DNA of 64,000 nt from an uncultured delta proteobacterium (GCA_963832165.1 CAWHTE010000011.1:832001-896000); one strand, 5' to 3'; shown: positions 9,493 to 19,495, counted from the stretch's first letter. Numbers and translations: made by a program. Notes: a model not told the origin generated them from the sequence alone.

Positions 9493-9795
9493 TCAGTCTT
9501 CGCCGGGAAAGAAGCCAGCGATGAGTTCGATCGGGAGGAAGGCGACGTCGAGCGGAACCGTGAAGAAGTACAGCGGCACCTGTGCGGCCGGGACGAGCGT
9601 GGAGTCGGCCACGGCCCGAGTGATCGCAAACAGGTAGTCGGTCGTATAGACCTCTTTCTCGGGCGGGGGCCGCGGCTGGTAGGTGGGCTCGAGCCGCCCC
9701 GATTCCGGCTCGTCTTCCGCAGCAGCCGCGAGCGGATGGACCAGCGCGAGCAGCAGCACGGCCAGTGTCGCGCAGCGGAAAAGGGCTCGGATCAC
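9493..9795 (-). CDS. Small exported/membrane hypothetical protein
   Basis: 3' part of track ORF 9493..10968: signal peptide plus C-terminal PLD..FLP.EL..G hydrophobic hairpin. Confidence 0.6.
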   Translation of the reverse strand: MIRALFRCATLAVLLLALVHPLAAAAEDEPESGRLEPTYQPRPPPEKEVYTTDYLFAITRAVADSTLVPAAQVPLYFFTVPLDVAFLPIELIAGFFPGED

Positions 9796-9881
9796 GATTC
9801 GATCCCCCGGAAAGATCTGCCAATCGTGACGCCGAATCGCTCTCAGATCAACAGACCTCTCTCCGCTAGCGATCGGAGGAC

Positions 9882-11249
9882 TCACGGCTGCATCGTCTTC
9901 CACTTTCCGCCGCGGAAGCGCATCACGAACGACAGGCCGAGCAGCGAGAGGTAGCCGAGCTCGCCGACCCACGCGCCGAACACGCCTCCGTCGAGCCAGA
10001 TCGCGAACAGCCAGACGAGCGGCAGGCGCGCCACCCAGGCGAGCGTGGCATGCACGAGGAACGGCCAGCGGGTATCGCCGCCGCCGCGCAGGCTGCCGCC
10101 TGCGACGATGCCGATCGCGTCGACGACCTGGAAGAAGGCGCCGAGCTGCAGCAGTGGGCGCGAGAGCCCGAGCACCTTCGCGTCGTCGCTGAACAGTCGC
10201 ATCAGGAACTCGGGTGCGCCCAGGAACAGCGCCGCGACGATCGCCGCGAGCACCATCGCGAGCTTCATCGCCGATGCATAGCTGCGCGCCGCGGCGGCGG
10301 GGTCTCCCGCGCCGAGATAGCGGCCCACGAGCGTGCCCGCGCTGACCGAGATCGCGACGGCCTGCATGAACGAGAGCGACAGCAGCTGGATCATCGCCTG
10401 GCTCGCGGCCATCTCGGCGTCGCCCATGCGCGCGACCACCGACGAGAACAGCGCAAACGACAGCATGTCGAGCAGCCACTGGCCGCCGATCGGCGCGCTC
10501 GTGCGCAGGAAGCGCAGGATCTGGTCCGGGCGCGGCGCGGTCGGCGCGGTCGCGAAGGGCACGCGCGTCTTGCGCGCGAACAGGAAGCCGAACAGGATCG
10601 CCGCGTAGGCGTACTCGGCGATCGTGAACGCGATTCCCGCGCCCTTCACTCCCATCGCGGGCAGCCCGGGCTGGCCGAAGATCAGCGCGTAGGCCGACAC
10701 CACCTGCAGGATCACCGCTGCGATCGTTGCGAACATCGGAATCCGCGTGTTGCCGAGGCCGCGGAAGAAGGTCGTGACGGCCGAGGCCGCCGCGATCGCG
10801 GGCAGGCCCGGCAGCCTCCCCGCCACGTACTCGAGCGCCCGATCGCGCAGCGCGGGCGATGGATCGACCGCCGCGAGCAGCGCCGGGAAGAGCGCGCCCA
10901 CGATGAGCGTCCAGACCACCGCAACGGGCACGAGCACCGCGAGCGCCTGCCACACCCAGGGTCCGCACGCGCGAGGGTCGCCCGCGCCGTGCGCGCGCGA
11001 CACGAACACAGCAACGCCGGTCGCGGCGCCGACGAACGGGCAGATCAGCGTCCAGAGCCAGATGCCGCCGAGGCCGACGGCGCCGAGCTCGGAGGGTCCG
11101 AGCTGACCGACCATCGCCGACGACGCCACCTGCATGAGCGTCTCGGAGAGCATCTGGACGAGCACGGGCGAGGCGAGCACAGCGACTTCGCGCACACCTC
11201 CGCCGCGCGCGGGCGGTGTGAGCTCGGCTATCGCGAGTTGGGTCGACAT
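9882..11249 (-). CDS. MATE family efflux transporter
   Basis: About 12 hydrophobic segments; RG.GNTR.PM, LIFG..G.P.MGV.GA and LRG.GDTR motifs. Confidence 0.92.
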   Translation of the reverse strand: MSTQLAIAELTPPARGGGVREVAVLASPVLVQMLSETLMQVASSAMVGQLGPSELGAVGLGGIWLWTLICPFVGAATGVAVFVSRAHGAGDPRACGPWVWQALAVLVPVAVVWTLIVGALFPALLAAVDPSPALRDRALEYVAGRLPGLPAIAAASAVTTFFRGLGNTRIPMFATIAAVILQVVSAYALIFGQPGLPAMGVKGAGIAFTIAEYAYAAILFGFLFARKTRVPFATAPTAPRPDQILRFLRTSAPIGGQWLLDMLSFALFSSVVARMGDAEMAASQAMIQLLSLSFMQAVAISVSAGTLVGRYLGAGDPAAAARSYASAMKLAMVLAAIVAALFLGAPEFLMRLFSDDAKVLGLSRPLLQLGAFFQVVDAIGIVAGGSLRGGGDTRWPFLVHATLAWVARLPLVWLFAIWLDGGVFGAWVGELGYLSLLGLSFVMRFRGGKWKTMQP

Positions 11250-11256
11250 CGGGGCT

Positions 11257-11459
11257 CCAGAACGCCGGAGGCCGCGTACGCTTGTCGCGCCCGCGGCCTC
11301 CGGTTGGCGTCTGGCCCGTTGGGATCAGTGGCGGATGCGACGACTCGTCTTCATCGGGAACGCGGCCGGAGTCGATCTCCGGGCATGCCCGCAGAGCGCA
11401 AGCTCCCAGCTTTCGAAACTGGGGTGGCGCCCGTGATCAGCAGAGTCGTTACCCACATC
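11257..11459 (-). promoter_or_regulatory. Candidate structured cis-regulatory leader RNA of the MATE gene
   Basis: Nested inverted repeats at 11340-11449, plus a perfect 12-bp stem (11265-11276 with 11292-11303) next to the RBS. Confidence 0.45.
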
Positions 11460-11512
11460 GCGCGCAGACCAATAACGCAGCCCTGTGGTGGTGCGCAATC
11501 GCGGGTCCTGGC

Positions 11513-12325
11513 TCAGGGGACCAGCGCCACGATCCGGAGCGGTCCGCCGCTGCCCTTGCCGATCTTCATCGGCAGCGCGATCACCGTGAAGCCGCGCGCG
11601 GGCAGCCGATCGAGCGCCGCGACGTTCTCGAACACGGGGATGTTCGCGTCGAGCAGGATCCGGTGCGCGAGGAAGGTGCTCGACGGACCCGCGTCGATGC
11701 TCGGCGTGTCGAGCCCGATCGCGTGGATCCGCCGCTGCGCGACGAGCCAGCGCGCCGCCTCCGGGTCGAGGCCCGGGAAGTGGAGGTTCCTGGTCGCGGC
11801 GGCGCCGCGCTGCGCCGTGCCGAGGTAGCGCTCGGGGTCGGGCCAGTAGGCGCCGTGTCCCGTGCGCAGCAGCACGATCGCTCCATCGGGGATCGGCCCG
11901 TGCTCGCGCTCCCAGTTCTGCAGGTCGGCGACCGAGACGAGGTAGTCGCGCGTGGCGGCCGCGTTGCGCTTGACGTCGACGAGGATCGCCGGGCCGATCA
12001 TGCGCTCGAGCGGAATCTCGTCGGCGGTCCAGCGATGCGCGGCGAAGTGGATCGGCGCGTCGAGGTGCGTGCCGCCGTGCTCGGCGGCGCAGAACGAGAA
12101 CGACTCGTAGTAGTAGCCACCCGGCTGCATGCCGATCGTGTCGGCGTTGTGCTCGAAGCGCTCCCCGGTCGGCCAGTAGACGGTCTGCTCATCGAACGTG
12201 TGGGTGAGGTCGACGATCGAGGCGCCCGAGAGATCCGGGACGGCAGCGCGTTCGGCCGGTGGCGCGGACGCGCAGCCACAGACGAGCAGCGCAACGGCGA
12301 AGAGTCGTTCGCGTTGATGGACCAT
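11513..12325 (-). CDS. Cyclase family metal-dependent hydrolase (kynurenine formamidase-like fold) with lipoprotein-like signal
   Basis: EHGGTHLDAPIHF, IGLDTPSID and GSGGPLRIVA motifs; LLVCGC near the N-terminus. Confidence 0.88.
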   Translation of the reverse strand: MVHQRERLFAVALLVCGCASAPPAERAAVPDLSGASIVDLTHTFDEQTVYWPTGERFEHNADTIGMQPGGYYYESFSFCAAEHGGTHLDAPIHFAAHRWTADEIPLERMIGPAILVDVKRNAAATRDYLVSVADLQNWEREHGPIPDGAIVLLRTGHGAYWPDPERYLGTAQRGAAATRNLHFPGLDPEAARWLVAQRRIHAIGLDTPSIDAGPSSTFLAHRILLDANIPVFENVAALDRLPARGFTVIALPMKIGKGSGGPLRIVALVP

Positions 12326-12374
12326 GAGCACCGATGCTAGCGGCGCGCAGCCCGCGTGCGTATCGTGGCCGGCC

Positions 12375-13916
12375 ATGCGCGGATTCTGGATCGCAGCGGA
12401 AGAAGAGCCGGATCGGCTCGCGCTGACCCTGCCCGACGGGCGCGAGATTCGCGCGGGCGAGCTCTCCGCGTCGGTGAATCGGCTCGTACACGGGCTGCGC
12501 GCGCGCGGCGTCGGCGAGGGCTCGGTGGTCGCGGTGTTGCAGCCCAACGGCGCGCCCGTCGTCGAGCTCCTGCTCGCGGCAATGCAGGCGGGTTGGCACT
12601 ACACGCCGATCAACGTGCATCTGCGGCCGGGTGAGGTCGCACACATCCTTCGCGATTCGCGAGCCGACGCGTTCTTCGGCCACGAGCGCTATGCCGACGT
12701 GTGCGCCGCGGGAGCGGACGAGGCCGAGCTGCCGCGCGCACGCCGCTTTGCCGTCGGCGACGTGCCGGATGCCGAGCCATTCGACGCCGTGATCGCGGGC
12801 CAACCCGACTCGCGCCCGGAGAAGCGCCTCGCGGGTCAGTTCATGCAGTACACGTCGGGCACCACGGGTCGGCCGAAGGCAGTCCGGCGCGCGATCCCCG
12901 CCTTCGATCCCGACCAGATGATCGCGATGCTCGCGCCGAACCTGCAGCGCTACGACATCGAGCCCGGCGGCGATCACGTACACCTGGTCACCTCGCCGAT
13001 GTATCACATGGCGCCGCTGTCGTTCGGCTACTTCTCGCTGCACTTCGAGCATCCCGTGGTGCTGATGGACGGCTGGGATGCCGAGCGCGCGCTCGCGCTG
13101 ATCGAACGGCACCGCGTCACGACGACGCACATGGTGCCCACGCAGTTCCAACGCCTCGTGCGCCTGCCCGCGGACGTGCGCGCCCGCTACGACGTCTCCT
13201 CGCTGCGCCACGTCATGCACGCGGCCGCGCCGTGCCCGATCGAGACGAAGCGCGCGATGCTCGCGTGGTGGGGGCCCGTGATCTACGAGTACTACGGCGC
13301 GACCGAGGGCGGCGGCACGATGGTGCGCGCGCACGATTGGCTCGCGCACCCGGGCACGGTCGGACGGCCGTGGCCCGGCGCCGATGTGAAGGTCTTCGAC
13401 GACGAGGGCCGCGAGTGCGGACCCGGAGAGATCGGCACGGTCTTCCTGAAGCTCTCGATGGAGTTCGAGTACAAGGACGACCCCGAGAAGACGCGCGCGA
13501 ACCGGCGCGGGAACTACTTCACCGTGGGCGACGTCGGCGAGCTCGATCGCGACGGCTATCTCTACCTGCGCGACCGCAAGATCGACATGATCATCAGCGG
13601 CGGTGTGAACGTGTATCCCGCCGAGATCGAGGCGGTGCTGCTCGGCCACCCCGACGTCGCGGATGCCGCGGTGTTCGGGATCCCGCACGACGATTGGGGC
13701 GAAGAGGTGAGGGCGGTGATCGAGCCGGCGGCGGGCGCGCGCGCGGGTCCCGAGCTCGAAGAGCGCCTGCTCGCGCACTGCAACGACCGGCTCGCGAAGT
13801 ACAAGTGCCCGCGCAAGGTGGAGTTTCGCGACGCGCTGCCGCGCGATCCCAACGGCAAGCTCTACAAGCGCCTGCTGCGCGACCCCTATTGGGAAGGGCG
13901 CGACCGGCGCATCTAA
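12375..13916 (+). CDS. Acyl-CoA synthetase / AMP-binding ligase
   Basis: YTSGTTGRPK, EYYGATE, GD.G.LD.DGYL and NGKL motifs. Confidence 0.93.
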   Translation: MRGFWIAAEEEPDRLALTLPDGREIRAGELSASVNRLVHGLRARGVGEGSVVAVLQPNGAPVVELLLAAMQAGWHYTPINVHLRPGEVAHILRDSRADAFFGHERYADVCAAGADEAELPRARRFAVGDVPDAEPFDAVIAGQPDSRPEKRLAGQFMQYTSGTTGRPKAVRRAIPAFDPDQMIAMLAPNLQRYDIEPGGDHVHLVTSPMYHMAPLSFGYFSLHFEHPVVLMDGWDAERALALIERHRVTTTHMVPTQFQRLVRLPADVRARYDVSSLRHVMHAAAPCPIETKRAMLAWWGPVIYEYYGATEGGGTMVRAHDWLAHPGTVGRPWPGADVKVFDDEGRECGPGEIGTVFLKLSMEFEYKDDPEKTRANRRGNYFTVGDVGELDRDGYLYLRDRKIDMIISGGVNVYPAEIEAVLLGHPDVADAAVFGIPHDDWGEEVRAVIEPAAGARAGPELEERLLAHCNDRLAKYKCPRKVEFRDALPRDPNGKLYKRLLRDPYWEGRDRRI

Positions 13917-13979
13917 GCCACCCATTCTTCGCGAGATCGCACCCCGGCGAGATGCCTTCTATGGTAGGCTGGCGCCCAC

Positions 13980-13994
13980 CTGACGGACCGTCAG
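13980..13994. promoter_or_regulatory. Palindromic operator CTGACGG-A-CCGTCAG upstream of the amidohydrolase gene
   Basis: Perfect 7-bp inverted repeat lying between a TGGTAGGCT extended -10-like element and the AAGGAG RBS. Confidence 0.55.
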
Positions 13995-14024
13995 ATTCGG
14001 CCGACTGCGAAGGAGAACCCGTCG

Positions 14025-15209
14025 ATGCCCTTCGAGGATTTCGTCGTCTGCGACGCCGACATGCACGTGATGGAGCCCGCGGACCTGTGGCAGCGCTACA
14101 TGACGCCCGAGTACCGCCACGCCGCGCCGATCGGGATGACCGAGCTCAAGCGCGACATCCGCGTGAAGGTGAAATCGCAGGTGCTCTTGCGCGCGGGACC
14201 GGTAAGGCCGCTCAAGGAGCGCGGCGGCAGCGGGATCGGCTGGCGGCCCGATCAGGAAGCCGCGTACGGCGAGGCCGAGGCGCGCGGCTGGGACGCGCAG
14301 GCACAGATCGACGCGATGGACCGCGAGGGCGTCGATCTCACCGTGCTGTTTCCGACGCGCGGTCTGTTCGCGCTCGGACTCGACTCGACCGAGCAGATCG
14401 GCGCCGACGGCCTCGAGCCCGAGTTCGCCACGGCGATCGCGCGTGCGTACAACGACTGGCTGCACGACTACTGTCAGCTCGCGCCCGATCGGATCTACGG
14501 CGCAGCGATGGTCGCGCCGCACGACATCGCCGGCGCCGCCGACGAGACACGGCGCTGTGTCGAGGAGTATGGATTCAAGGCGATCTACCTGGCGCCGGGT
14601 TGCGTGAACCGCAGGCCGTGGCACGACCGCGCCTACGATCCGCTCTGGGCGGAGTGCCAGAAGCAGGGCATCGCGGTCGGCTTCCACGGCGGCGGCCGCA
14701 CGCTGCTCACACCCGACTTCAGCCTCGGCGACATCTTCGGCGACCGGCTCATGATGTGGCACACGTTCAACCAGCCGCTCGGTGTGATGGCGGCCGCGGT
14801 CAGCTTGATCGGCGGCGGTGTGCTCGAGCGCTTCCCGGAGCTGCGCATCGCGCTGCTCGAGGGCAACTGCTCGTGGGCGCCGTGGCTCATGCACCGGCTC
14901 GACGAGCACCACGAGTGGGTCGGTTGGTACGAGTCGCGCGACCTCACGAAGAAGCCGTCCGAGTACTTCCGCAGCAACTGCTTCGTCTCGGTCGAGGCCG
15001 ACGAGGAGACCGTCGTGCACTACCTCGACTGGTTCGGCGACGACAACCTCGTGTTCTCGACCGACTACCCGCACGGCGATTCGCAGTATCCGCACGCGGT
15101 CGAGACGTTCCGCAAGCTGCCGCTCTCCGAGGAGACGCAGCGCAAGGTCACGGGTGACAACTGGAGCCGCCTCTACGACATCCCGCTCGTGCGCAAGAGA
15201 CCGCGCTAG
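14025..15209 (+). CDS. Amidohydrolase_2 family metal-dependent hydrolase
   Basis: DADMHVME, YNDWL.DYC, LERFP.L and FSTDYPH motifs. Confidence 0.9.
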   Translation: MPFEDFVVCDADMHVMEPADLWQRYMTPEYRHAAPIGMTELKRDIRVKVKSQVLLRAGPVRPLKERGGSGIGWRPDQEAAYGEAEARGWDAQAQIDAMDREGVDLTVLFPTRGLFALGLDSTEQIGADGLEPEFATAIARAYNDWLHDYCQLAPDRIYGAAMVAPHDIAGAADETRRCVEEYGFKAIYLAPGCVNRRPWHDRAYDPLWAECQKQGIAVGFHGGGRTLLTPDFSLGDIFGDRLMMWHTFNQPLGVMAAAVSLIGGGVLERFPELRIALLEGNCSWAPWLMHRLDEHHEWVGWYESRDLTKKPSEYFRSNCFVSVEADEETVVHYLDWFGDDNLVFSTDYPHGDSQYPHAVETFRKLPLSEETQRKVTGDNWSRLYDIPLVRKRPR

Positions 15210-15244
15210 CTGAATTCGCTGCATCTGATCTGGAGGCGTCGAAG

Positions 15245-18200
15245 ATGAAACCTGCGGTCCGGCGCTCTTGGAGGATTGGCCTGGCGCTGATCCCCGCGCT
15301 CGCATTTGCGGTGGGCGCGCCTGCGACGGCCCAGACGCCGCCGGAGGGACCCGGTGGCAGCGACGCGCTCGCGGGGGCCGAAGCTCCGGGCGTCGACGCC
15401 GTCGAGTGGGAGGCGCTGACACGCGGCTCCGCGACCTCGACGGCGGGCGAGGGCGGTCTGCAGGCGCTGCTCGAATCGGCGAACGTCGACCTGGTCGTCT
15501 TCTACAAGAACTCGAATCGCAGCAGCGCGGTCGACGAAGACGACGCCTATCACGTCTTCGCGCGCCGCTGCGGCGCGCGAAGCGTGCCCGCAGAGGACTG
15601 CGACCCCGCGCAGATCGTGTTCGATCACCTCGTCTACACGCGCACCGCGATCGGGAACGGCGGCTTCGCGTTCGACGTGGTGGCGCTCACGGCCGAGAAA
15701 CCGGTCGGGACCGTGCTCGCGATCGCGCCGGAGAATCCATTCGGTGCACCCGTGGCGGGCCCGGTGACGCTGGCCGACCGCGACGACCCGCGCCGCGATC
15801 CCAGGGCGCTTGCGACACTCTCCGACGAAGTCGTGGCCGCCACGCAATCAGTGTTCGAGAGCGAGCCCGCGACCGAGGCCGGCGTAGAGCGTTCCTTCAT
15901 TCCGCCCGAGCACACGACCTATCCCTATCCCTACGAGCGCCTCTCGGCCGTCTTCGACGACAGCGATGCACCCGACCTCTACTTCGTGCCGACGCCCTCG
16001 GGCGATCTCGCCGAGGAGCCGCCGCGCGGCGGGCATGGATCGCTCGACGTGACCCAGAGCCGCGCGACGTTGCTCGTCTCCGGGCGTGCCGCGCGCCGTA
16101 CCCCGCTCGATCCGGCCGAGGAGGCGGCGCTCGAGATCCGCCACGTCGACCTCGCACCCACGATCGCGAAGGTGCTCGGCATCCCGACGCACGCGGCCGC
16201 GCGGTATCTGAACGGCGGCGGTGCCGGCGACAATCCGACTGCACCCGAGGCGCGCCTGTTGCGCCAGGACGGCAAGCCGATCGACGCGCTGCTCGAGCCG
16301 CGCCTGAACGTATTCGTGGTGGTGATCGACGGGATGATTCCCGAGAACATCACCGCCTCCGAGACGCCGAATCTGTGCAACCTGATCGACTGTCCCGGCG
16401 CGATTGCGCCCGACGCGTCGGCACACACCACCGTGTATGGCGCAGCCCGCGCGGTGATGGTGTCGCAGACCAACTCGAACCACACCGCGATGATGACGGG
16501 CGCCTTCGCTTCGGTGAACGGAATCGTCGCGAACAGCGCCTACGACCGGACCGCGAACCAGGAAATCGCGCTCGATCGGCCGGAGCTGATCCGCGTGGAC
16601 ACGCTCTTCGACGTCCTGCGCCGCGAGAGGCCGGAGCTCAAGACGGCGGCCGTGCTCGGCAAGTCGAAGCTGCGCTCGCTGTTCGATTGCACCCAGACCG
16701 ACGGCGCGTGCGCCGTCGACGTCACGGCCAATCCCGAGGGCGTGGCCGTCACCCACGTGCGGCCCGATTTCCTGCGCGGCGCGCTCGATCTGCCCGAGGT
16801 CGGTCCGGGCGACTGCGCGGCCGAGCCCGCGAGCGGCTCGGGCGTTGCGCTCGACCACTGCATCATGGATCTCGTGATCGAGCTCTCGGCCACCGAGGAT
16901 CCGGACTTCACGTTCGTGAATCTCGGCAACGTCGACGCCATCCAGCACGCGACGGGGCCGAACTCCCCGGCTTCCGACGCCGCCGTGCTCGTGGCCGACG
17001 TCGAGATCGGTCGGCTCGTCCAGTATTTGAAGGAATCGGGCAAGTGGAAGCAGTCGGTGGTGATCGTGACCGCCGACCACTCCTTCTCCTGGCAGGGTCT
17101 CCCGCCGCTCGGCCGCGTGGATCTCGCGTCCGTGCTCGCGCCGTGCGCCGAGGCCGGCGAATCGTTCCAGGTCGTTTCGAACACCGGCGCGGCGCACATC
17201 TATCTTGGACAGCATCGAGGCGGGCACCAGTCCGCCGCTCACGGCGAGCCAGTACACCGCGCTCCAGTGCATGCGCGGCATTCTCACGGGCGCGTCTGCG
17301 CCGGACGGGATCTCCGAGGCGTCGTATCGCTTCGAGAACCCGCTCGATCCGGGCCACACGCTCGCAGCGACGCGGCCCGACTGGCACCTCGCAGATCAGC
17401 GCGCGGGCGACCTCGTGGTGACGGCGCTCGCGAGCGGCCCGACCGCGGGGCTCCTGGCGCCGACGGCACCCGGCTCGGGCCCGTTCGAGGTCGCGAGCGG
17501 GTCCGGCATCGCGCTCGCCTCGCCGCTGGAGGCCTCCGGCGTGATTCCGGGGGATCACGGACACCCGGGCGCGCGTCACGTCCCGTTCATCATCGCGAGC
17601 GGCGGCGATTTCGTGATCGACCAGGCGGTCGCGCCGAGCGGCACCGTGAACGAAGGCGACGACACGGCGGCGAATCCGGAGCAGCCCGAGGCCGTCGACG
17701 TGGCGCCGACGGTCGCGTGGATGTTCGGGCTGGATCCGGCGCTCGTGATGCCGGCCGCGCAGGGCCGCACGCTCGACGCCGCGTTCACCGTACGGCCGAT
17801 CGACGCCGTCGAGCCGCACGCGAACCGGGCGGTCGTGCTGATCTTCGACGGCAACAACAGCGTGCGCATCCACGATCTGATCGCGGACTGCGACGACGAG
17901 ATGTGCGGCTCGCCGGACAACCGCCCGATCGCAGGCGTTCGCTCGCTGCTGGTCCGCAGCACCGACGCGCGCAGCGACACGCCGGTCGGCACGCTGGCGA
18001 CGTTCGGGAGCATCAGCGCGCACCCGACCGTGACGTTCCCGAACCACAACGTGGTCGGGTCCGGCGCCTATCCCGGACACCACGGGATCGTCCAGAACCG
18101 CTACTACGAGCGCGACATCGAGACCGAGCGCGACCCGATCGACATGCAGGACCCGCGCAATCCGCTGTTCTTCTTCAGCTCGGAGCTGCTGCGCAGCGAC

Positions 18201-19372
18201 GTCGAGACGCTGCACGAGGCGGTGCATCGCGGATTCGGCAACTGGTCGCCGGTGCCCAATCCGAATTGCGATCCGCAGACGGAGGTCTGCGACGGTCCGA
18301 GCGGAGCGTTCACGGCGTCGGTCAACGAGCCTTCCGCGCGCGGCGCCGACTTCGCGTCGCTCGAGCTCGTGTCGAGCGAGAGCGTGCCCGCGCTGTTCGC
18401 AGTGCTCACGGCGAACGCCGCCGATTTCGCGACCGACACCGATCCCGACTGCGCGGGCCAGAATCCGCCCGGCTACGCCTCAGGAGTCGATCCTCGACCA
18501 CATCGGCCAGGCGCCAGGCGCGCGCGCTGTACGCGGAATCGAGCACCTCGAGCTTCGCGCGTCCGGCGGGCGTGGACCCGCTCCTGATCGACGAATCGCT
18601 CGGATCGATCCACCCCGACCCGAAGTACCTGATCGAGAACTTCACGCTCACCGACGGTGCCGGCCACGAGTACGGACCGCACGGCAACTGCGCGCGCCGC
18701 GCCTATCGCGACACCTCGAGCCGCGTGGCGCGACTGCTCGACGAGCTCGGCAATCACGGCCGCTTCCTGCCGACGGGCGAGCCCGCGCGTCTCGGAGAGA
18801 CGTTCATCCTGGTGACGGGCGACCACGGGATGGAGAACCAGGACCTGCGGCCCGGACGGCACGGGGGCTTCGACGTGACGCTCACCGAGGCGGACGTCGA
18901 GTACGTGCGCCAGGAGACCTTCCTCTACCTGCTCACGCTCGACGTCGCGATCGCGGGCGTACCCGAAGCCGGACTCGCGAGCGGCGTGCCCGCGAGCCTC
19001 ACGTTCACCGTCACCGACTCCGACCGGCGCGCCGATGGCAGCGCCACGCCGGTCGAAGGCGCGAACGTCACGGTGTCGTCCGACGCCGGAAGCATCGGCG
19101 GGCTCACGGATGCGAACGGAAAGATCACGCTCGGTTTCACGCCGATCGGCGAAGAGGTTCGCGTGGTCGTCGACCGCGATGCCAACACCGCATCGGGCGG
19201 CCGCACCCTCGGCTCCACGAGCCCGGATCCCTCGAGCCACGGTCTCGTCGCGAAAGCCGACTTCAACGACCGCGTGATCGTGCTGCCCGAGCCCAGTGGT
19301 GTCCTCGGCGTCGTGTTCGGCGCGGCCGTGCTCGGGATCGCGCGCCGCAGGTGCGTCGGCGGAGCGCGTTAG
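15245..19372 (+). CDS. Large secreted alkaline phosphatase/nucleotide pyrophosphatase (NPP) superfamily protein with PEP-CTERM-like tail; three apparent +1 frameshifts
   Basis: Signal peptide; VIDG, TNSNH, TADH, GDHGH, IFDG, TVTFPNH, DGAGH and TGDHG motifs; LPEPSG-TM-RRR C-terminus. The real middle section is in track ORF 17205..18587. Shifts near 17205, 18480 and 18514. Confidence 0.8.
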   Translation: MKPAVRRSWRIGLALIPALAFAVGAPATAQTPPEGPGGSDALAGAEAPGVDAVEWEALTRGSATSTAGEGGLQALLESANVDLVVFYKNSNRSSAVDEDDAYHVFARRCGARSVPAEDCDPAQIVFDHLVYTRTAIGNGGFAFDVVALTAEKPVGTVLAIAPENPFGAPVAGPVTLADRDDPRRDPRALATLSDEVVAATQSVFESEPATEAGVERSFIPPEHTTYPYPYERLSAVFDDSDAPDLYFVPTPSGDLAEEPPRGGHGSLDVTQSRATLLVSGRAARRTPLDPAEEAALEIRHVDLAPTIAKVLGIPTHAAARYLNGGGAGDNPTAPEARLLRQDGKPIDALLEPRLNVFVVVIDGMIPENITASETPNLCNLIDCPGAIAPDASAHTTVYGAARAVMVSQTNSNHTAMMTGAFASVNGIVANSAYDRTANQEIALDRPELIRVDTLFDVLRRERPELKTAAVLGKSKLRSLFDCTQTDGACAVDVTANPEGVAVTHVRPDFLRGALDLPEVGPGDCAAEPASGSGVALDHCIMDLVIELSATEDPDFTFVNLGNVDAIQHATGPNSPASDAAVLVADVEIGRLVQYLKESGKWKQSVVIVTADHSFSWQGLPPLGRVDLASVLAPCAEAGESFQVVSNTGAAHIYLGQHRGGHQSAAHGEPVHRAPVHARHSHGRVCAGRDLRGVVSLREPARSGPHARSDAARLAPRRSARGRPRGDGARERPDRGAPGADGTRLGPVRGRERVRHRARLAAGGLRRDSGGSRTPGRASRPVHHRERRRFRDRPGGRAERHRERRRRHGGESGAARGRRRGADGRVDVRAGSGARDAGRAGPHARRRVHRTADRRRRAAREPGGRADLRRQQQRAHPRSDRGLRRRDVRLAGQPPDRRRSLAAGPQHRRAQRHAGRHAGDVREHQRAPDRDVPEPQRGRVRRLSRTPRDRPEPLLRARHRDRARPDRHAGPAQSAVLLQLGAAAQRRRDAARGGASRIRQLVAGAQSELRSADGGLRRSERSVHGVGQRAFRARRRLRVARARVERERARAVRSAHGERRRFRDRHRSRLRGPESARLRLRSRSSTTSARRQARALYAESSTSSFARPAGVDPLLIDESLGSIHPDPKYLIENFTLTDGAGHEYGPHGNCARRAYRDTSSRVARLLDELGNHGRFLPTGEPARLGETFILVTGDHGMENQDLRPGRHGGFDVTLTEADVEYVRQETFLYLLTLDVAIAGVPEAGLASGVPASLTFTVTDSDRRADGSATPVEGANVTVSSDAGSIGGLTDANGKITLGFTPIGEEVRVVVDRDANTASGGRTLGSTSPDPSSHGLVAKADFNDRVIVLPEPSGVLGVVFGAAVLGIARRRCVGGAR

Positions 19373-19495
19373 GGCCCGCGCAGAATCTACAATCGCTGCG
19401 CTCGCCCGACTGCGGTCAGCGCCCCTGTTCGCACACCGCGCGGCACGAAACGTGCAGCCTAGATCTCCATGTCCGCCGACGAGAAGGAGGCTGCC

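Noticed and set aside
17205..18514. Dual-coding region or programmed frameshifting in the NPP gene
   Set aside because: The in-frame middle segment of the 1375-aa ORF is motif-free, and three single-base insertions explain it, matching the window-wide indel pattern.
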